64,000 nucleotides of DNA from Erythrobacter sp. (GTDB lineage: Bacteria; Pseudomonadota; Alphaproteobacteria; Sphingomonadales; Sphingomonadaceae), in the NCBI GenBank assembly GCA_963691825.1, contig OY829379.1:1472215-1536214 (forward strand), in the 5' to 3' direction. The translations under genes and the position numbers were made by a program. A model generated the notes under the pieces. It worked only from the letters and a program-made list of their open reading frames with translations. It was not told where the DNA came from and did not search any database. Positions 20,485 to 30,343 of this stretch are shown one piece after another. Positions within the stretch are counted from its first letter, which is position 1. Every line of letters starts with the position of its first letter.

Positions 20485-21414
20485 CTAGTCGGGCATGGTG
20501 TTATTGGGTTGGTCTGCCGTTTTGCGGGTCGCAATCCAACACCCGGTCACGATCAAAACGGTTCCCGCAATTGTCGGCAAAGTGACGCTTTCGCGGAAGA
20601 ACGCCCAGCCAAGGATGCTGGCCCACAAGAACCCGGAATATTCGATTGGCACCAATGCCTGCGCCTCGGCACGGGCATAGGCCCAAGCAATCGCCATGGA
20701 GCCCGCGACAGTGAGCACGCCGCCAGCAATGATGGCAGGCATAACGCCGTCGACGATCGGGGTCGCGAAGAAAGGAACAAACAGCAACAGAAACAGACCA
20801 GAGACCCCGCTGTGAAAGGTCGCCACTTCGATCGGACCGGCGCGTTGTGACTGCTTGCGGATCACCACGAAATTGTAGGCATAAAGCAAGGCAGAGATCA
20901 TGAGGGATAGAAGGCCAAATAGGGTGTCCTCGTTGAAGTCGCCCTGGCCGATTTTGCCACCGATGATCACGATGGTCCCGGCCAGACCGAGAATGCTCGC
21001 AAAGATCGCGCCGGGCTGGATCACTTCGCCCAGCAGCACGCGGGCAAAATACAGCGCCAATAAAGGCGCGACAAAGCTGATCGCTATCGCCTCTGCCAAA
21101 GGCAGTTTGGTGAGCGCATAGAACCAGCTCAGAGCCATCAGCGCAGAGACAATTCCGCGCTCCAGATGGAGCCTCATAGTCGTCTTCTCGGGCCAGTTGG
21201 TGCGCCGCCATAGCCAGACCGGGGCAATCGCCGCCGCCCCGACCAAGGCGCGCAAAACCGTAGCTGTGTATGCGCCGGTCGCACTCGCCGCTTCTTTCAT
21301 GAAGGCATCCATCAACGACATCAAACCGATCCCGATTGCCGCGACAATGAAGGGCATCAGGCGCGACATGGCAGAAGATTGGGCAAGGCCAGAGGAGGGG
21401 ACGGGCGCGGTCAT
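20485..21414 (-). CDS. DMT/EamA-family transporter
   Basis: About 10 TM segments; two EamA repeats (LPLAEAIAISFVAPL; AQALVPIEYSGFLWA). Confidence 0.88.
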   Translation of the reverse strand: MTAPVPSSGLAQSSAMSRLMPFIVAAIGIGLMSLMDAFMKEAASATGAYTATVLRALVGAAAIAPVWLWRRTNWPEKTTMRLHLERGIVSALMALSWFYALTKLPLAEAIAISFVAPLLALYFARVLLGEVIQPGAIFASILGLAGTIVIIGGKIGQGDFNEDTLFGLLSLMISALLYAYNFVVIRKQSQRAGPIEVATFHSGVSGLFLLLFVPFFATPIVDGVMPAIIAGGVLTVAGSMAIAWAYARAEAQALVPIEYSGFLWASILGWAFFRESVTLPTIAGTVLIVTGCWIATRKTADQPNNTMPD

Positions 21415-21599
21415 ATCGCGCCCGCCTTAGTCGGCTTGCGGCAATAGGTCACGCAGCTTGCGAAAATTGCGTGGCCTGCGGTTCAGCCGGGCGAAAGCGC
21501 TTGTGCTTGATAGCGGTGGAGGAAAGGGAGTATGCTGCAACCATGGTTGGGCTCGCGGCGTTCGCTTTGCAGCCTGATCATGCGACGGGGAAATGGAAT

Positions 21600-23051
21600 A
21601 TGCGCATTCATTTGAGCGGTTTTGCAGCACATTTCGGAGCAGCCACACTGCTCATTGGGACCAGCCTGGCTGGTATCCTTGCCGCACATGCCGCATCCGC
21701 GCAGCAAGACGATACGGCCAGTGTAGCGGCACCGGTCGCACCGCCGCAAAGCACCGTTCCCAACGCCGATGGCAATCCCACTGGCACACCTGCGGATGCG
21801 CGCTTTGATGAGGCGTTTCCACGGATGATCTCCGACCCCGTGGTGCAAGGTGATTTGGCCCCGCCCGGTCCCCTGATCCAGGAATGGAGCGTTGAAAATG
21901 TTGCCGGCCTCATCACAGTGATTGAGGCGATCGGGGAAGAGGGGCTCGACCCTGCAGATTACGATCTCGACGCGCTCAAAGAGATGATGGCTCAGGGCAA
22001 GTCCGAGGCGCTCGATGAACTTGCCTCGCGCAATTTCGTCTGGCTTGTGGAGGATTTGCGCGATGGGCGCACCCCCATGTCGGCGCGGGTGCAATGGTTC
22101 GTAATCGACTCTGACCGCGAGGCTTTTCGCACCGGCGATTTGTTGACCCAAGCAATGGCCAGCGGCGACGTCGCAGCGGTTCTGGCGGACCTCAATCCGA
22201 CCCATGGTGATTATGCCCGCTTGCGCGATGAACTGGCTGCGACACCGCTCGAAGAGGCCGAAAAACGGCGGCTGATCCGCGCGAATATGGATCGTTGGCG
22301 GTGGTTGCCGCGTGATCTGGGGCGCATTCACCTGATCACCAATGTTCCAGAATATCAGCTGCGGCTTACGGTTGGCGACCGGGTCATCAAAAGTTACCGC
22401 ACGATTGTTGGAAAGCCCGGCCGAACCGCAACTCCGCAACTTGCTGAAATGGTCGAAGGGGTCGTGTTCAACCCGACCTGGACCGTCCCACAATCGATTG
22501 TCGTGGGCGAGGGATTGGGGCGCCGCGTGCTCAACAATCCGGGATGGGCGCGGGCAAATGGTTACAAGGCGAGCGAGGGCGCCAATGGCTGGATTACGGT
22601 CATCCAACAACCTGGCCCGGGCAATTCGTTGGGCCGGATGAAGCTGGAAATGCCCAATCCGCACGCGATTTTCTTCCACGACACGCCTGCACGCCATCTG
22701 TTTGCAAACACCAATCGCGCCTTGTCGCATGGTTGCATTCGCACCGAACGCGCGCTCGAACTGGCTATGACGATGGCGATCTTGGGCAAAGGGGCGACCC
22801 GCGATGAAGCGGTGGAGATCGCGACATCGGGCAAATACACAAAGGTCCCGATTGAGCGCAAAGTGCCAGCCTACATCACCTATTTCACCATGGGCGTGAA
22901 TATTGAGGGCGAATTGGTCACCTTCAACGACATTTACGAGCGCGATGCGCCCGTCTTGGCGAGCTTTGACCAGCCGCGTGTGCAAGGGCGCTCTGCCACG
23001 AGCGATGATGAAATCATCGTGATCGAAAACGATCCGCGCGACGAGGTGTAG
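21600..23051 (+). CDS. L,D-transpeptidase (YcbB/LdtD-like, scaffold + YkuD domain)
   Basis: NMDRWRWLP, NVPEYQL, VFNPTWTVP and FHDTP...RALSHGCIR catalytic motif; signal peptide. Confidence 0.92.
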   Translation: MRIHLSGFAAHFGAATLLIGTSLAGILAAHAASAQQDDTASVAAPVAPPQSTVPNADGNPTGTPADARFDEAFPRMISDPVVQGDLAPPGPLIQEWSVENVAGLITVIEAIGEEGLDPADYDLDALKEMMAQGKSEALDELASRNFVWLVEDLRDGRTPMSARVQWFVIDSDREAFRTGDLLTQAMASGDVAAVLADLNPTHGDYARLRDELAATPLEEAEKRRLIRANMDRWRWLPRDLGRIHLITNVPEYQLRLTVGDRVIKSYRTIVGKPGRTATPQLAEMVEGVVFNPTWTVPQSIVVGEGLGRRVLNNPGWARANGYKASEGANGWITVIQQPGPGNSLGRMKLEMPNPHAIFFHDTPARHLFANTNRALSHGCIRTERALELAMTMAILGKGATRDEAVEIATSGKYTKVPIERKVPAYITYFTMGVNIEGELVTFNDIYERDAPVLASFDQPRVQGRSATSDDEIIVIENDPRDEV

Positions 23052-23127
23052 CCCAGCCCGTTTGGCCATCGCGGCCCGGGCGCGCGCTTGTCACTTTTGG
23101 GCTTGGCGCGTGCAGTGCACCGGCGAA

Positions 23128-23841
23128 TTAGAATGTGCCAGGCATATACCGTTGCGCCGCGGTCGGATCACCGGTTTCAAGCGCTGCCAATTGCGCTTCG
23201 CGGCTCAGCATAGCTCCGTCTTCTTGGAGGCCAAGGCTGTCGGCATAGATCAATCTGCCGCCCGACATATGCATCAAAACCTCGCGGAATTGTTCCTTAC
23301 CAAAGGCAAAGCATCCGTTTGACCGGCCCAGCCGGCCCCAGCTTTCGATATGTTTGGGCTCCGCATATTCGGCGCGGTGCATCACGATATAGCGGCGCAA
23401 AGCGGCCTCATTGGTCGGGTCAAGCCCCCCCAGCCGGACCGATGTGCCATAGCGCCCCTGATACCATTCCCATGTAACATAGGCGCCTTTGCTCGACGCA
23501 TTGGAGCCGACCACATTGGAATAGGAATTGAGCCAACCATCGTGATCGGGGTCGGACCCGCGCCCATGGCTGCAATGCGCGCTGGTGACTTCTTCACGCT
23601 CCAGATTGACGAAATAGAACCGGCGGCGCGCGCTGTGCACGCCGTAATCGGCGATCCCGACAATATCGCGTTTCCAGATCGCATCGCCAGCCCGGTCGAG
23701 CTCGCGCTTGGCAGTTTCGAACAAAACCCGGTCGCGCGGCGATCCGGCGCGCGGTTGAGCTGCCAGTTTGGCTGGCAAAGTGGGGAGCGCCGCAGCGGTG
23801 GCGGCAACCAGACCAGTCTTGATGATCTCTCGGCGGTTCAT
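23128..23841 (-). CDS. Tat-exported murein L,D-transpeptidase catalytic-domain protein (YkuD_2 type)
   Basis: MNRREIIK twin-Arg signal; CSHGRGSD, SSKG and IVMHRAEY...LGRSNGC. Confidence 0.88.
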   Translation of the reverse strand: MNRREIIKTGLVAATAAALPTLPAKLAAQPRAGSPRDRVLFETAKRELDRAGDAIWKRDIVGIADYGVHSARRRFYFVNLEREEVTSAHCSHGRGSDPDHDGWLNSYSNVVGSNASSKGAYVTWEWYQGRYGTSVRLGGLDPTNEAALRRYIVMHRAEYAEPKHIESWGRLGRSNGCFAFGKEQFREVLMHMSGGRLIYADSLGLQEDGAMLSREAQLAALETGDPTAAQRYMPGTF

Positions 23842-23899
23842 GATGTTTATACTATCTACCTTAGAATGAAGTTCCCGTGAATCCCCTACTGCGCAGCTT

Positions 23900-25363
23900 T
23901 TACCCAGCGGATTCGTGGATTGCTTTGGCCGCCATGCCCAATTTGATGATGGCTGGCATATGAGACTGGATGGTGGGGCCAATATCAGCCAGAGCCGCAA
24001 GGCGGGGGTCGTTCTCTTTAATCATCTGCGCAATCGCTGGCCCGGTGGGGTGCAGCCGGCTGCGCGCATTGAAAGCATTGGTTTTTTTATTGTTCGACAG
24101 GATCGCCGCGCTTATCAAATTGGCCATGACCGAATAGGGATATGTCGCGGTCGTATCGGTTAGCGGGGCCGGCGGCAGGAGGTTGTTTTTCTCCTGATCA
24201 TTGTCGAAATTGGCCTCGATAAAGGCGGCCAAGGCGGCGCTGTAAGGGACAAAGGGGGTCTGAGCGAGCTGCAAAGTGACCACAGAGCCATCAAAGAACG
24301 GGCGCGCATTGCCGCGCTGTTCGAACGGGACCGCGCTGGCGGTGCAATCGATGAACAAGGTGCCCTGGGGCAATTGGACCTGGTCGCTATCCAATATCAT
24401 CGCGGCCGGTTCGATTGCGCTGACCCGGCGTCCGCGATGGACCCGCGTGATTTGACCGAGCATTGCCACTTCGGCTTCCGAGATGACTGCGAAATGGAAC
24501 ATGCTGGGCGTGACATCGCGGTCAATCCGCAACATCGTGCCCCGCTGTTCCAACTGGGCGAACATGTCATCGCCGTCCTGCGCCGTCGCCGCGCATTCAG
24601 CCAAGCTCAATTGAAATTCGATCAAACCCTCGAGCCGGTGGCGTGCCGGCTGCAACAATTTGCGGTTCATCATCCAGCTGTCACGCGGGCGAACCCAGTC
24701 GATCGCATCGGGAGACACTCCGGCCTCAAGCAACCATATCGCGGTGTCCATTGCGGTCTTGCCGCCCCCGATAATGGCGTAATGCGAGGGCAAATCATCG
24801 CTCGTCTGCCACAGATCCGGCAGGTCACCGGGCACCGCAAAGCGGGTGTTATCACCAATAGCAAAACCGGGCGTGTGGGTGGCGGGAACCGAGGTTTTGA
24901 ACCAGGTCGCATCGACCAGTTTGCGGCGGACCTCGAAAGTGACCGGATCGCCCGACAAGATGTGGCGCGCTGTGTGAACGGGCGCGGCGGCATCTTCTGG
25001 CCCGCTGCGATATTCGGTTAAGGGGTGATAGGCGACCCGGCCTGAGGGGATCAGTCGCTCGCTCATCAATTTGGAATAATAGGCGAGGATCTCGGCATGT
25101 TTGGCGAGCGGGTACATGCCGGCATTGTGGCCATGCGTGTCGACCCGGTCAGGGCACAGCTCCATCGAATTGACGCCATAGGTTGCGCTGGGCTGGTGCA
25201 AGGTGACAAAGGAATAGGCATCGTTCCAATGCCCGCCCGGGCTTGCATGTTTGTCGATCAGCGTGATGTGGCAATCGGGGTCTTCGTCGAGCAATGTGTC
25301 GGCAAACGCCAAGCCAACAGCGCCCGCTCCAACGATCAGGTAATCGGTTTGATGCTGGGTCAT
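23900..25363 (-). CDS. NAD(P)/FAD-dependent oxidoreductase
   Basis: GAGAVG FAD motif, PGGHWNDAY...LHQPS and GGGKTAMD second dinucleotide motif. Confidence 0.85.
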   Translation of the reverse strand: MTQHQTDYLIVGAGAVGLAFADTLLDEDPDCHITLIDKHASPGGHWNDAYSFVTLHQPSATYGVNSMELCPDRVDTHGHNAGMYPLAKHAEILAYYSKLMSERLIPSGRVAYHPLTEYRSGPEDAAAPVHTARHILSGDPVTFEVRRKLVDATWFKTSVPATHTPGFAIGDNTRFAVPGDLPDLWQTSDDLPSHYAIIGGGKTAMDTAIWLLEAGVSPDAIDWVRPRDSWMMNRKLLQPARHRLEGLIEFQLSLAECAATAQDGDDMFAQLEQRGTMLRIDRDVTPSMFHFAVISEAEVAMLGQITRVHRGRRVSAIEPAAMILDSDQVQLPQGTLFIDCTASAVPFEQRGNARPFFDGSVVTLQLAQTPFVPYSAALAAFIEANFDNDQEKNNLLPPAPLTDTTATYPYSVMANLISAAILSNNKKTNAFNARSRLHPTGPAIAQMIKENDPRLAALADIGPTIQSHMPAIIKLGMAAKAIHESAG

Positions 25364-25410
25364 TGCCTTTTCTCTATGGGTTTAGCAGCGGTGTGGGGGG
25401 CAATATTGCC

Positions 25411-26316
25411 CTAGCCAAACATTGTGTTTTCATCTGCCATTGCAAGCATCGAGCGGGCGTGGCGCCGGGCCACTGCGCTTTGATCGTCGCCATAACCGCC
25501 TCCCAAAGCCGATGCCAGCGGGAGGCCGCGCTGCCGTGCATGGCGTAGGACGAAGCGATCGCGCAGCGCCAAACCGTCATCGGAAAGCGCCAATCGGCCC
25601 AGCCTGTCATCGCGGTGCGGATCGACGCCCGCCTGATACAGCACCAGGTCGGGCGCAAATTGATCGAGGATGGTGGGCAGATGTTTGTCCAAGGCTTCCA
25701 AATAGCCGGCATCATCGACCCCGTCGGGCAATGCGATATCGAGGCTAGAGCGGGCTTTGCGCACCGGAAAGTTTTTCTCGGCATGCATTGAGAAGGTGAA
25801 CACATCTTCGCGGCCCGCCAACAGGCTGGCCGTGCCATCGCCTTGGTGCACGTCGAGGTCGACGATCACGATGCGCTTCGCATCGCGCTCTTCCAACAAA
25901 CGGTTTGCGGCAACCGCGAGATCGTTGAACACGCAATAGCCCGCGCCCGTATCCGCCAGCGCATGGTGGCTGCCCGCAGCAGAATTGGCGGCATAGCCGT
26001 GTTCCATGGCCAGCTTTGCGGCAAGCCATGTGCCGCCATTGGTGTGGCGCACCCGGTCGCGAATGGTTTTGGTCACGGGAAATCCGATCCGGCGTTCCTT
26101 GGCGCGCGGTACGCTGGCGGTGAAGACCTCTTCGACATAAGCGGGATCGTGCACCGCTTCGAGCCATTCGCGCGGCATGGGGTCGGGCGCGTGCTCGGTT
26201 ATGGCTTGGCCCGATGCGCGCAGCTCCTCCATCACCAGATAATATTTGTCGAATTTGAATGTGCCGCGTTCGGGGCGCGGCGCCATGTAATCAACGTGGT
26301 GGACGACGTGGAGCAG
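25411..26316 (-). CDS. Histone deacetylase-family (Zn-dependent) amidohydrolase; probable CTG start at 26316, first ATG at 26286
   Basis: [21 protein letters not shown] and QAGVDPH...GGGY; frame continues upstream as (CTG)[14 protein letters not shown]. Confidence 0.9.
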   Translation of the reverse strand: MLHVVHHVDYMAPRPERGTFKFDKYYLVMEELRASGQAITEHAPDPMPREWLEAVHDPAYVEEVFTASVPRAKERRIGFPVTKTIRDRVRHTNGGTWLAAKLAMEHGYAANSAAGSHHALADTGAGYCVFNDLAVAANRLLEERDAKRIVIVDLDVHQGDGTASLLAGREDVFTFSMHAEKNFPVRKARSSLDIALPDGVDDAGYLEALDKHLPTILDQFAPDLVLYQAGVDPHRDDRLGRLALSDDGLALRDRFVLRHARQRGLPLASALGGGYGDDQSAVARRHARSMLAMADENTMFG

Positions 26317-26318
26317 GG

Positions 26319-26834
26319 TTAGATCGCTTTCTGCGCCAATGCCGCCAGCTCATCATAGATCGCGTCTTCTTCGCGGCTTGCGGCGTTGCGCCAAGTGGTC
26401 GCGGTGTCGCGGTTGAGCAGCGCGCCATCTGCGCTCAGCACCAGAAGATTGGGTGTGCCGGGCAAATCATCGACCCCGAAACGCCGGGCGATGTGCAGAT
26501 TATGGCCATCGCCCGATTGCGGCATGCCGATATTGACGAAGACAAGTTCGTATCTGTCATCAACCAAGGCGCCAATGCGTTCGCTGGCCAGCCATCCGGC
26601 GAGCTCGCGGCTGTCATGGCACCAGTTTGCGCCCATCACCACCATGACGCGTTTGCCATTTTCCCCGGCGCGGGCAAGCGCGGCCTCGACATCGCCCATC
26701 GCGTCATCGGACACCGCGTAAGAGCGCGCCTCGGGGTAATCATGCCCGTGCGCATGGGTGAGCGCGCCAGCCAGCATCCCTGCGCCGATCACAGCAGCGG
26801 TCGCCAGAAATCCGGCGAGAACAGGTTTGATCAT
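26319..26834 (-). CDS. Exported thioredoxin-family protein (single-Cys WCHDS)
   Basis: Signal peptide; [11 protein letters not shown] and GTPNLLVL (cis-Pro) thioredoxin fold. Confidence 0.85.
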   Translation of the reverse strand: MIKPVLAGFLATAAVIGAGMLAGALTHAHGHDYPEARSYAVSDDAMGDVEAALARAGENGKRVMVVMGANWCHDSRELAGWLASERIGALVDDRYELVFVNIGMPQSGDGHNLHIARRFGVDDLPGTPNLLVLSADGALLNRDTATTWRNAASREEDAIYDELAALAQKAI

Positions 26835-27973
26835 TCGGCCGCTTCTGCCGCATGCGGGTCAAAGGCAACCGCTTCGCCGGCTTCGATCTTGGCGGCTTTT
26901 TCTTCGACCAGACGCACAATGTGATCGAGCATGTCCTCATCCTCAATCGTGTGCGCCTTCACGCCGGAGAGGTAGACCATGTGCTTGCCAGAGCCGCCAC
27001 CAGTCAGGCCAATATCGGTTTCGCGCGCTTCGCCCGGGCCATTGACCACGCAGCCCAGCACCGAAAGGCTCATGGGTGTCTTGATGTGTTCAAGCCGCTT
27101 TTCGAGCGTTTCAACCGTGCGAATAACGTCAAATCCCTGGCGCGAGCAGGAGGGGCAGGAGACCACTCGCACACCGCGCGTGCGCAGGCCCAGGGCTTTG
27201 AGCATTTCATAGCCGACCTTGACCTCTTCCTCCGGCTCGGCCGAAAGCGAGACCCGGATCGTATCGCCAATCCCGGCCCACAGCAGCGAACCCATCCCGA
27301 TCGAGGATTTGACCGTTCCGCCGATCAATCCGCCCGCCTCGGTGATGCCAAGGTGCAAGGGGCAATCCACCGCATCGGCCAATCCATGATAGGCCGCCAC
27401 AGCGAGGAACACATCGGACGCTTTGACCGCGACCTTGAAATCATGGAAATCGTGGTCTTGCAAAAGCTTGATATGATCAAGCGCGCTCTCGATCAGCGCT
27501 TCGGGACACGGCTCCCCATATTTTTCGAGCAGGTCCTTTTCCAAGCTGCCGGCATTGACCCCGATCCGGATCGCACAGCCATTGGCTTTGGCCGCGCGCA
27601 CAACTTCGGCGACCTTTTTTTCATTGCCGATATTGCCCGGATTGATCCGCAGGCAAGCGGCCCCGCCATCAGCCGCTTCGAGCGCGCGTTTGTAATGAAA
27701 GTGGATGTCGGCAACGACCGGGATATTGGCCGCCCGGGTGATCAACGGAAAGGCGGCGGTCGCCTCTTCGGTTGGGCACGAGACACGGATGATATCACAC
27801 CCCACCTCTTCGCAGCGGCGGATCTGATCGATCGTTGCCGCCGCGTCTTCGGTGGGGGTGTTGGTCATGGTTTGAACCGTGATCGGCGCATTGCCGCCCA
27901 CAGGAACATCACCCACCATGATCTGGCGACAATTGCGCCGGTCGATATCGCGCCAAGGCCGTACTGAAGACAT
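26831..27973 (-). CDS. ispG: 4-hydroxy-3-methylbut-2-en-1-yl diphosphate synthase
   Basis: [27 protein letters not shown] and GCVVNGPGE. Confidence 0.98.
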   Translation of the reverse strand: MSSVRPWRDIDRRNCRQIMVGDVPVGGNAPITVQTMTNTPTEDAAATIDQIRRCEEVGCDIIRVSCPTEEATAAFPLITRAANIPVVADIHFHYKRALEAADGGAACLRINPGNIGNEKKVAEVVRAAKANGCAIRIGVNAGSLEKDLLEKYGEPCPEALIESALDHIKLLQDHDFHDFKVAVKASDVFLAVAAYHGLADAVDCPLHLGITEAGGLIGGTVKSSIGMGSLLWAGIGDTIRVSLSAEPEEEVKVGYEMLKALGLRTRGVRVVSCPSCSRQGFDVIRTVETLEKRLEHIKTPMSLSVLGCVVNGPGEARETDIGLTGGGSGKHMVYLSGVKAHTIEDEDMLDHIVRLVEEKAAKIEAGEAVAFDPHAAEAAE

Positions 27974-28047
27974 GGGGGCCGGTATAGGCGCGCAAAGCCC
28001 AAGGGGCAATAATGCAAGAGCGCGCTGTGTTCAGCCCGGTTGGCGGA

Positions 28048-28710
28048 TTACCAGCGGATCAGGGGCGGCGCGGCAAACCGCCAGAAAATCGCCCCGATAA
28101 AAGCCGGTGTCACATGCCAGAAGCCGATATGCAGAAGCGAATCGAGCGGGCAGGTGATGTTGTAAGCCAACGCGCCAAGCGCGCCGCTCGACAGACCGAT
28201 CAGCCAGCCCGCCCGTTCAAGCGAGACCGGCGCCCCGCGGCGCAAATGCCAAATCCCGGCCAATGCAATCACCGAAGAGGCGGCCAATCCGCGCGCGGCG
28301 CATTTCCAATAGAGCAGGCCCGGATCATCCATGCCCATTCCATGGTCATGCCCGGCCTCGATCGAAATGAGGGTGATCATCGCTGCGATGGGTAGGACCG
28401 CCAGGATTGCAGTGCTCCATTGCGAGGCGGAGGTGCGTTGCCCAATACGCGGATTGGCGCTGGCGACGAGCGCGGCGGTGCTGGCGACGCCCACAACGCC
28501 CAGCAGGCCGTTGCTGATCCAGTAAAAGGGTGATGCTTCGCCGGTCAAAGCGCCAAACCAAAAACCATAATACACAACGCAGGCAATTCCTGCTGCCAGT
28601 GTCGCACATACGATCATTGCGGCCCCGTCGCGCGGCCTCACCCGCCTAACCGGTGTCATATCAGCCGTTAGGGCGGCGATAAGATCATCTCGGGATTGGT
28701 GTTTTTCCAT
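28048..28710 (-). CDS. nrsF: NrsF-type (DUF1109) membrane anti-sigma factor
   Basis: DDLIAALTADMTPVRR N-terminus, six TM segments, conserved periplasmic Cys (WKCAARG, ITCPLDS) and HIGFWH; directly follows the ECF sigma. Confidence 0.88.
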   Translation of the reverse strand: MEKHQSRDDLIAALTADMTPVRRVRPRDGAAMIVCATLAAGIACVVYYGFWFGALTGEASPFYWISNGLLGVVGVASTAALVASANPRIGQRTSASQWSTAILAVLPIAAMITLISIEAGHDHGMGMDDPGLLYWKCAARGLAASSVIALAGIWHLRRGAPVSLERAGWLIGLSSGALGALAYNITCPLDSLLHIGFWHVTPAFIGAIFWRFAAPPLIRW

Positions 28711-28712
28711 TT

Positions 28713-29243
28713 CTACTGTTCTTCCTCGACCAAGGTGGCCAGTTTCTTCAGGCCACGATGGATATTCACTTTAACAAGACTTTCACTCTGCCCAGTTTTC
28801 TCGGCAGCTTCACGAATCGACAAGCCACTGATTTTGACCAATTCGATCACTTGGGATTGTTTGTGTGGCAATTGTTTGAACAAGCGATCGAGGCTGACGC
28901 GTGACATCACGACTTCTTCGTCACTGTCCTCAACCGCGTCGCCTTCAAGCAGTTCCTTGCTCTCATGTTTATAAACTTTGCGCAGGTGGTCGACCCAGCG
29001 ATAGCGCGCGATTGCGGCCATCCATGGCAAAAACGGGCGCGCCGGATCCCAGCTTGCTCGCTTGGTGTAAAGCGCAATCAGCACCTCCTGCACCAGATCA
29101 TCAATGGCGTGCGGGGGGATGCGCCGTTTGAAATAGCGTTCAAGCCAAACGCCCGCCTCTGCCAGCAACACATTGGCGGCGGCTTTATCGCCGTCCTGTG
29201 TTGCCATCATGAGGCGGGCGAAGGTTGGCTCGTCAGCGACCAT
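28713..29243 (-). CDS. sigF: ECF16 / SigF-type RNA polymerase sigma factor
   Basis: LMMATQDGD, DLVQEVL, WDPARPFLPWMAAIARYRWVD and LVKVNIHRGLKKL; paired with nrsF. Confidence 0.92.
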   Translation of the reverse strand: MVADEPTFARLMMATQDGDKAAANVLLAEAGVWLERYFKRRIPPHAIDDLVQEVLIALYTKRASWDPARPFLPWMAAIARYRWVDHLRKVYKHESKELLEGDAVEDSDEEVVMSRVSLDRLFKQLPHKQSQVIELVKISGLSIREAAEKTGQSESLVKVNIHRGLKKLATLVEEEQ

Positions 29244-29256
29244 ATCCCTACCTCGA

Positions 29257-29730
29257 TCAGGCCTCCGTACGCGCGCTCAGGCGGCTCAAGATGTGATCGA
29301 CGCTCAAGACGCCGGGGCCGCGGCTGATGATGATGCCAGCCATAGCCAGCACGGTGATGTCCCAGCCGAAGAAATGCGCCCAAGTGGGGAATACAAAAAT
29401 CTGGATCACCAATGCCATCACCGCAAGGCCGGCCGCAGCAAAGCGGCTAAACAGGCCAACAATCAGCAGGATCGGCAAAAGAAATTCTGCATAGACCGTC
29501 ATGGGCACCGCCAGATCAGGCGCGATTGGCAGGCCTGTAAATTCATTGGCGAAGATGACGTATTGGGTCGGATCGATTTGCAGCCATGTGCCATCGATCA
29601 CCTTGGTTTCATAGGAGCGCCAGAAGATCAGACCCAATGCAATGCGGGTGAGCAACAAAGCGACGCTTTCGATTGCAGTGCCCGACAAAATGCCGGTGAT
29701 CCGCGACCAGAGTGATTGAAGCGCTTCCAT
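29257..29730 (-). CDS. DoxX-family membrane protein (bufferin BufD-like)
   Basis: LLTRIALGLIFWRS, YAEFLLPILLIVGLFSR and GPGVLSVD. Confidence 0.9.
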   Translation of the reverse strand: MEALQSLWSRITGILSGTAIESVALLLTRIALGLIFWRSYETKVIDGTWLQIDPTQYVIFANEFTGLPIAPDLAVPMTVYAEFLLPILLIVGLFSRFAAAGLAVMALVIQIFVFPTWAHFFGWDITVLAMAGIIISRGPGVLSVDHILSRLSARTEA

Positions 29731-29905
29731 TATGTCCTCCGTTGGAATGTGGACGTTTGGCTTTTACCTGATGGGCCAAACGGATGAATTGGATTCTGGC
29801 CGCTTGCTCACTCTTCTCATCGCTCGTGTAAATAAGGCCAGTGTGGCCCAAGCGGGATAGGAAAAGCAAGCAAGCAGACCGGATGGGTTGGTTTGCCCCG
29901 GCCGA

Positions 29906-30187
29906 TTAGCGGTCGATCGGGGTTAGCGAACCTTTGCCCTTGGGGGTTTCGATACTGGTGCAGGTCCCCTTGTCGACATAGGTCCAGGCATTGCCTTGAT
30001 AGTCGCGGGTTGAAGTGCCAGCGCAGCTTGTACCCGGACCAGCGGCGCAATCATTTTCGCCAGCAAGCGAGACGCCGTAACATTTCTCTTTGGCACCTTG
30101 CGCAGCAGCAGGCGCGGTCGCAAGACCAGCGGTGACGCCAGCGCTCAAAGCGAGACCGGCAAGCGAAGCGATAGATCTGGTATTCAT
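29906..30187 (-). CDS. DUF2282 / BufA1-type bufferin precursor peptide (93 aa)
   Basis: Signal peptide ending AAA; core [26 protein letters not shown]...[11 protein letters not shown] with four Cys; SD GGAGA. True start is 30187, not 30493. Confidence 0.92.
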   Translation of the reverse strand: MNTRSIASLAGLALSAGVTAGLATAPAAAQGAKEKCYGVSLAGENDCAAGPGTSCAGTSTRDYQGNAWTYVDKGTCTSIETPKGKGSLTPIDR

Positions 30188-30257
30188 AGTTTCTCTCCAA
30201 AAAACCGTGTGCAAGTAAGCGTCCCGCAGCACGGCGTGCTCGTGGGACCGCACAGGT

Positions 30258-30283
30258 TTCGCGGCGGCGGAGCGAATGGTTAC
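30258..30283 (-). promoter_or_regulatory. SigmaF-type promoter driving precursor-doxX-sigF-nrsF
   Basis: Minus strand GTAACC (30283-30278), 16 nt, CGAA (30261-30258); exact match to the Caulobacter sigmaF consensus. Confidence 0.85.
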
Positions 30284-30319
30284 ACACAGAATGCAAAACA
30301 TCATTTTGCATTCTGTGTG
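30283..30319. repeat. Perfect 16-bp inverted repeat CACACAGAATGCAAAA-CATCA-TTTTGCATTCTGTGTG
   Basis: Read directly; lies between the two divergent -35 elements. Confidence 0.95.
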
Positions 30320-30343
30320 GCGGCGATCAGCGCAGCATTTTAT

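Noticed and set aside
21483-23069. Long antisense ORFs (this 528-aa ORF; also 53071-54609, 54575-55519, 26852-27967, 33407-34429)
   Set aside because: They shadow well-supported genes on the opposite strand, have no recognisable motifs, and are expected from high-GC codon bias.
29731-29905. Attenuator hairpin between the precursor and doxX
   Set aside because: Only short, weak stems (e.g. GGCCACACTGGCC); no convincing terminator structure.
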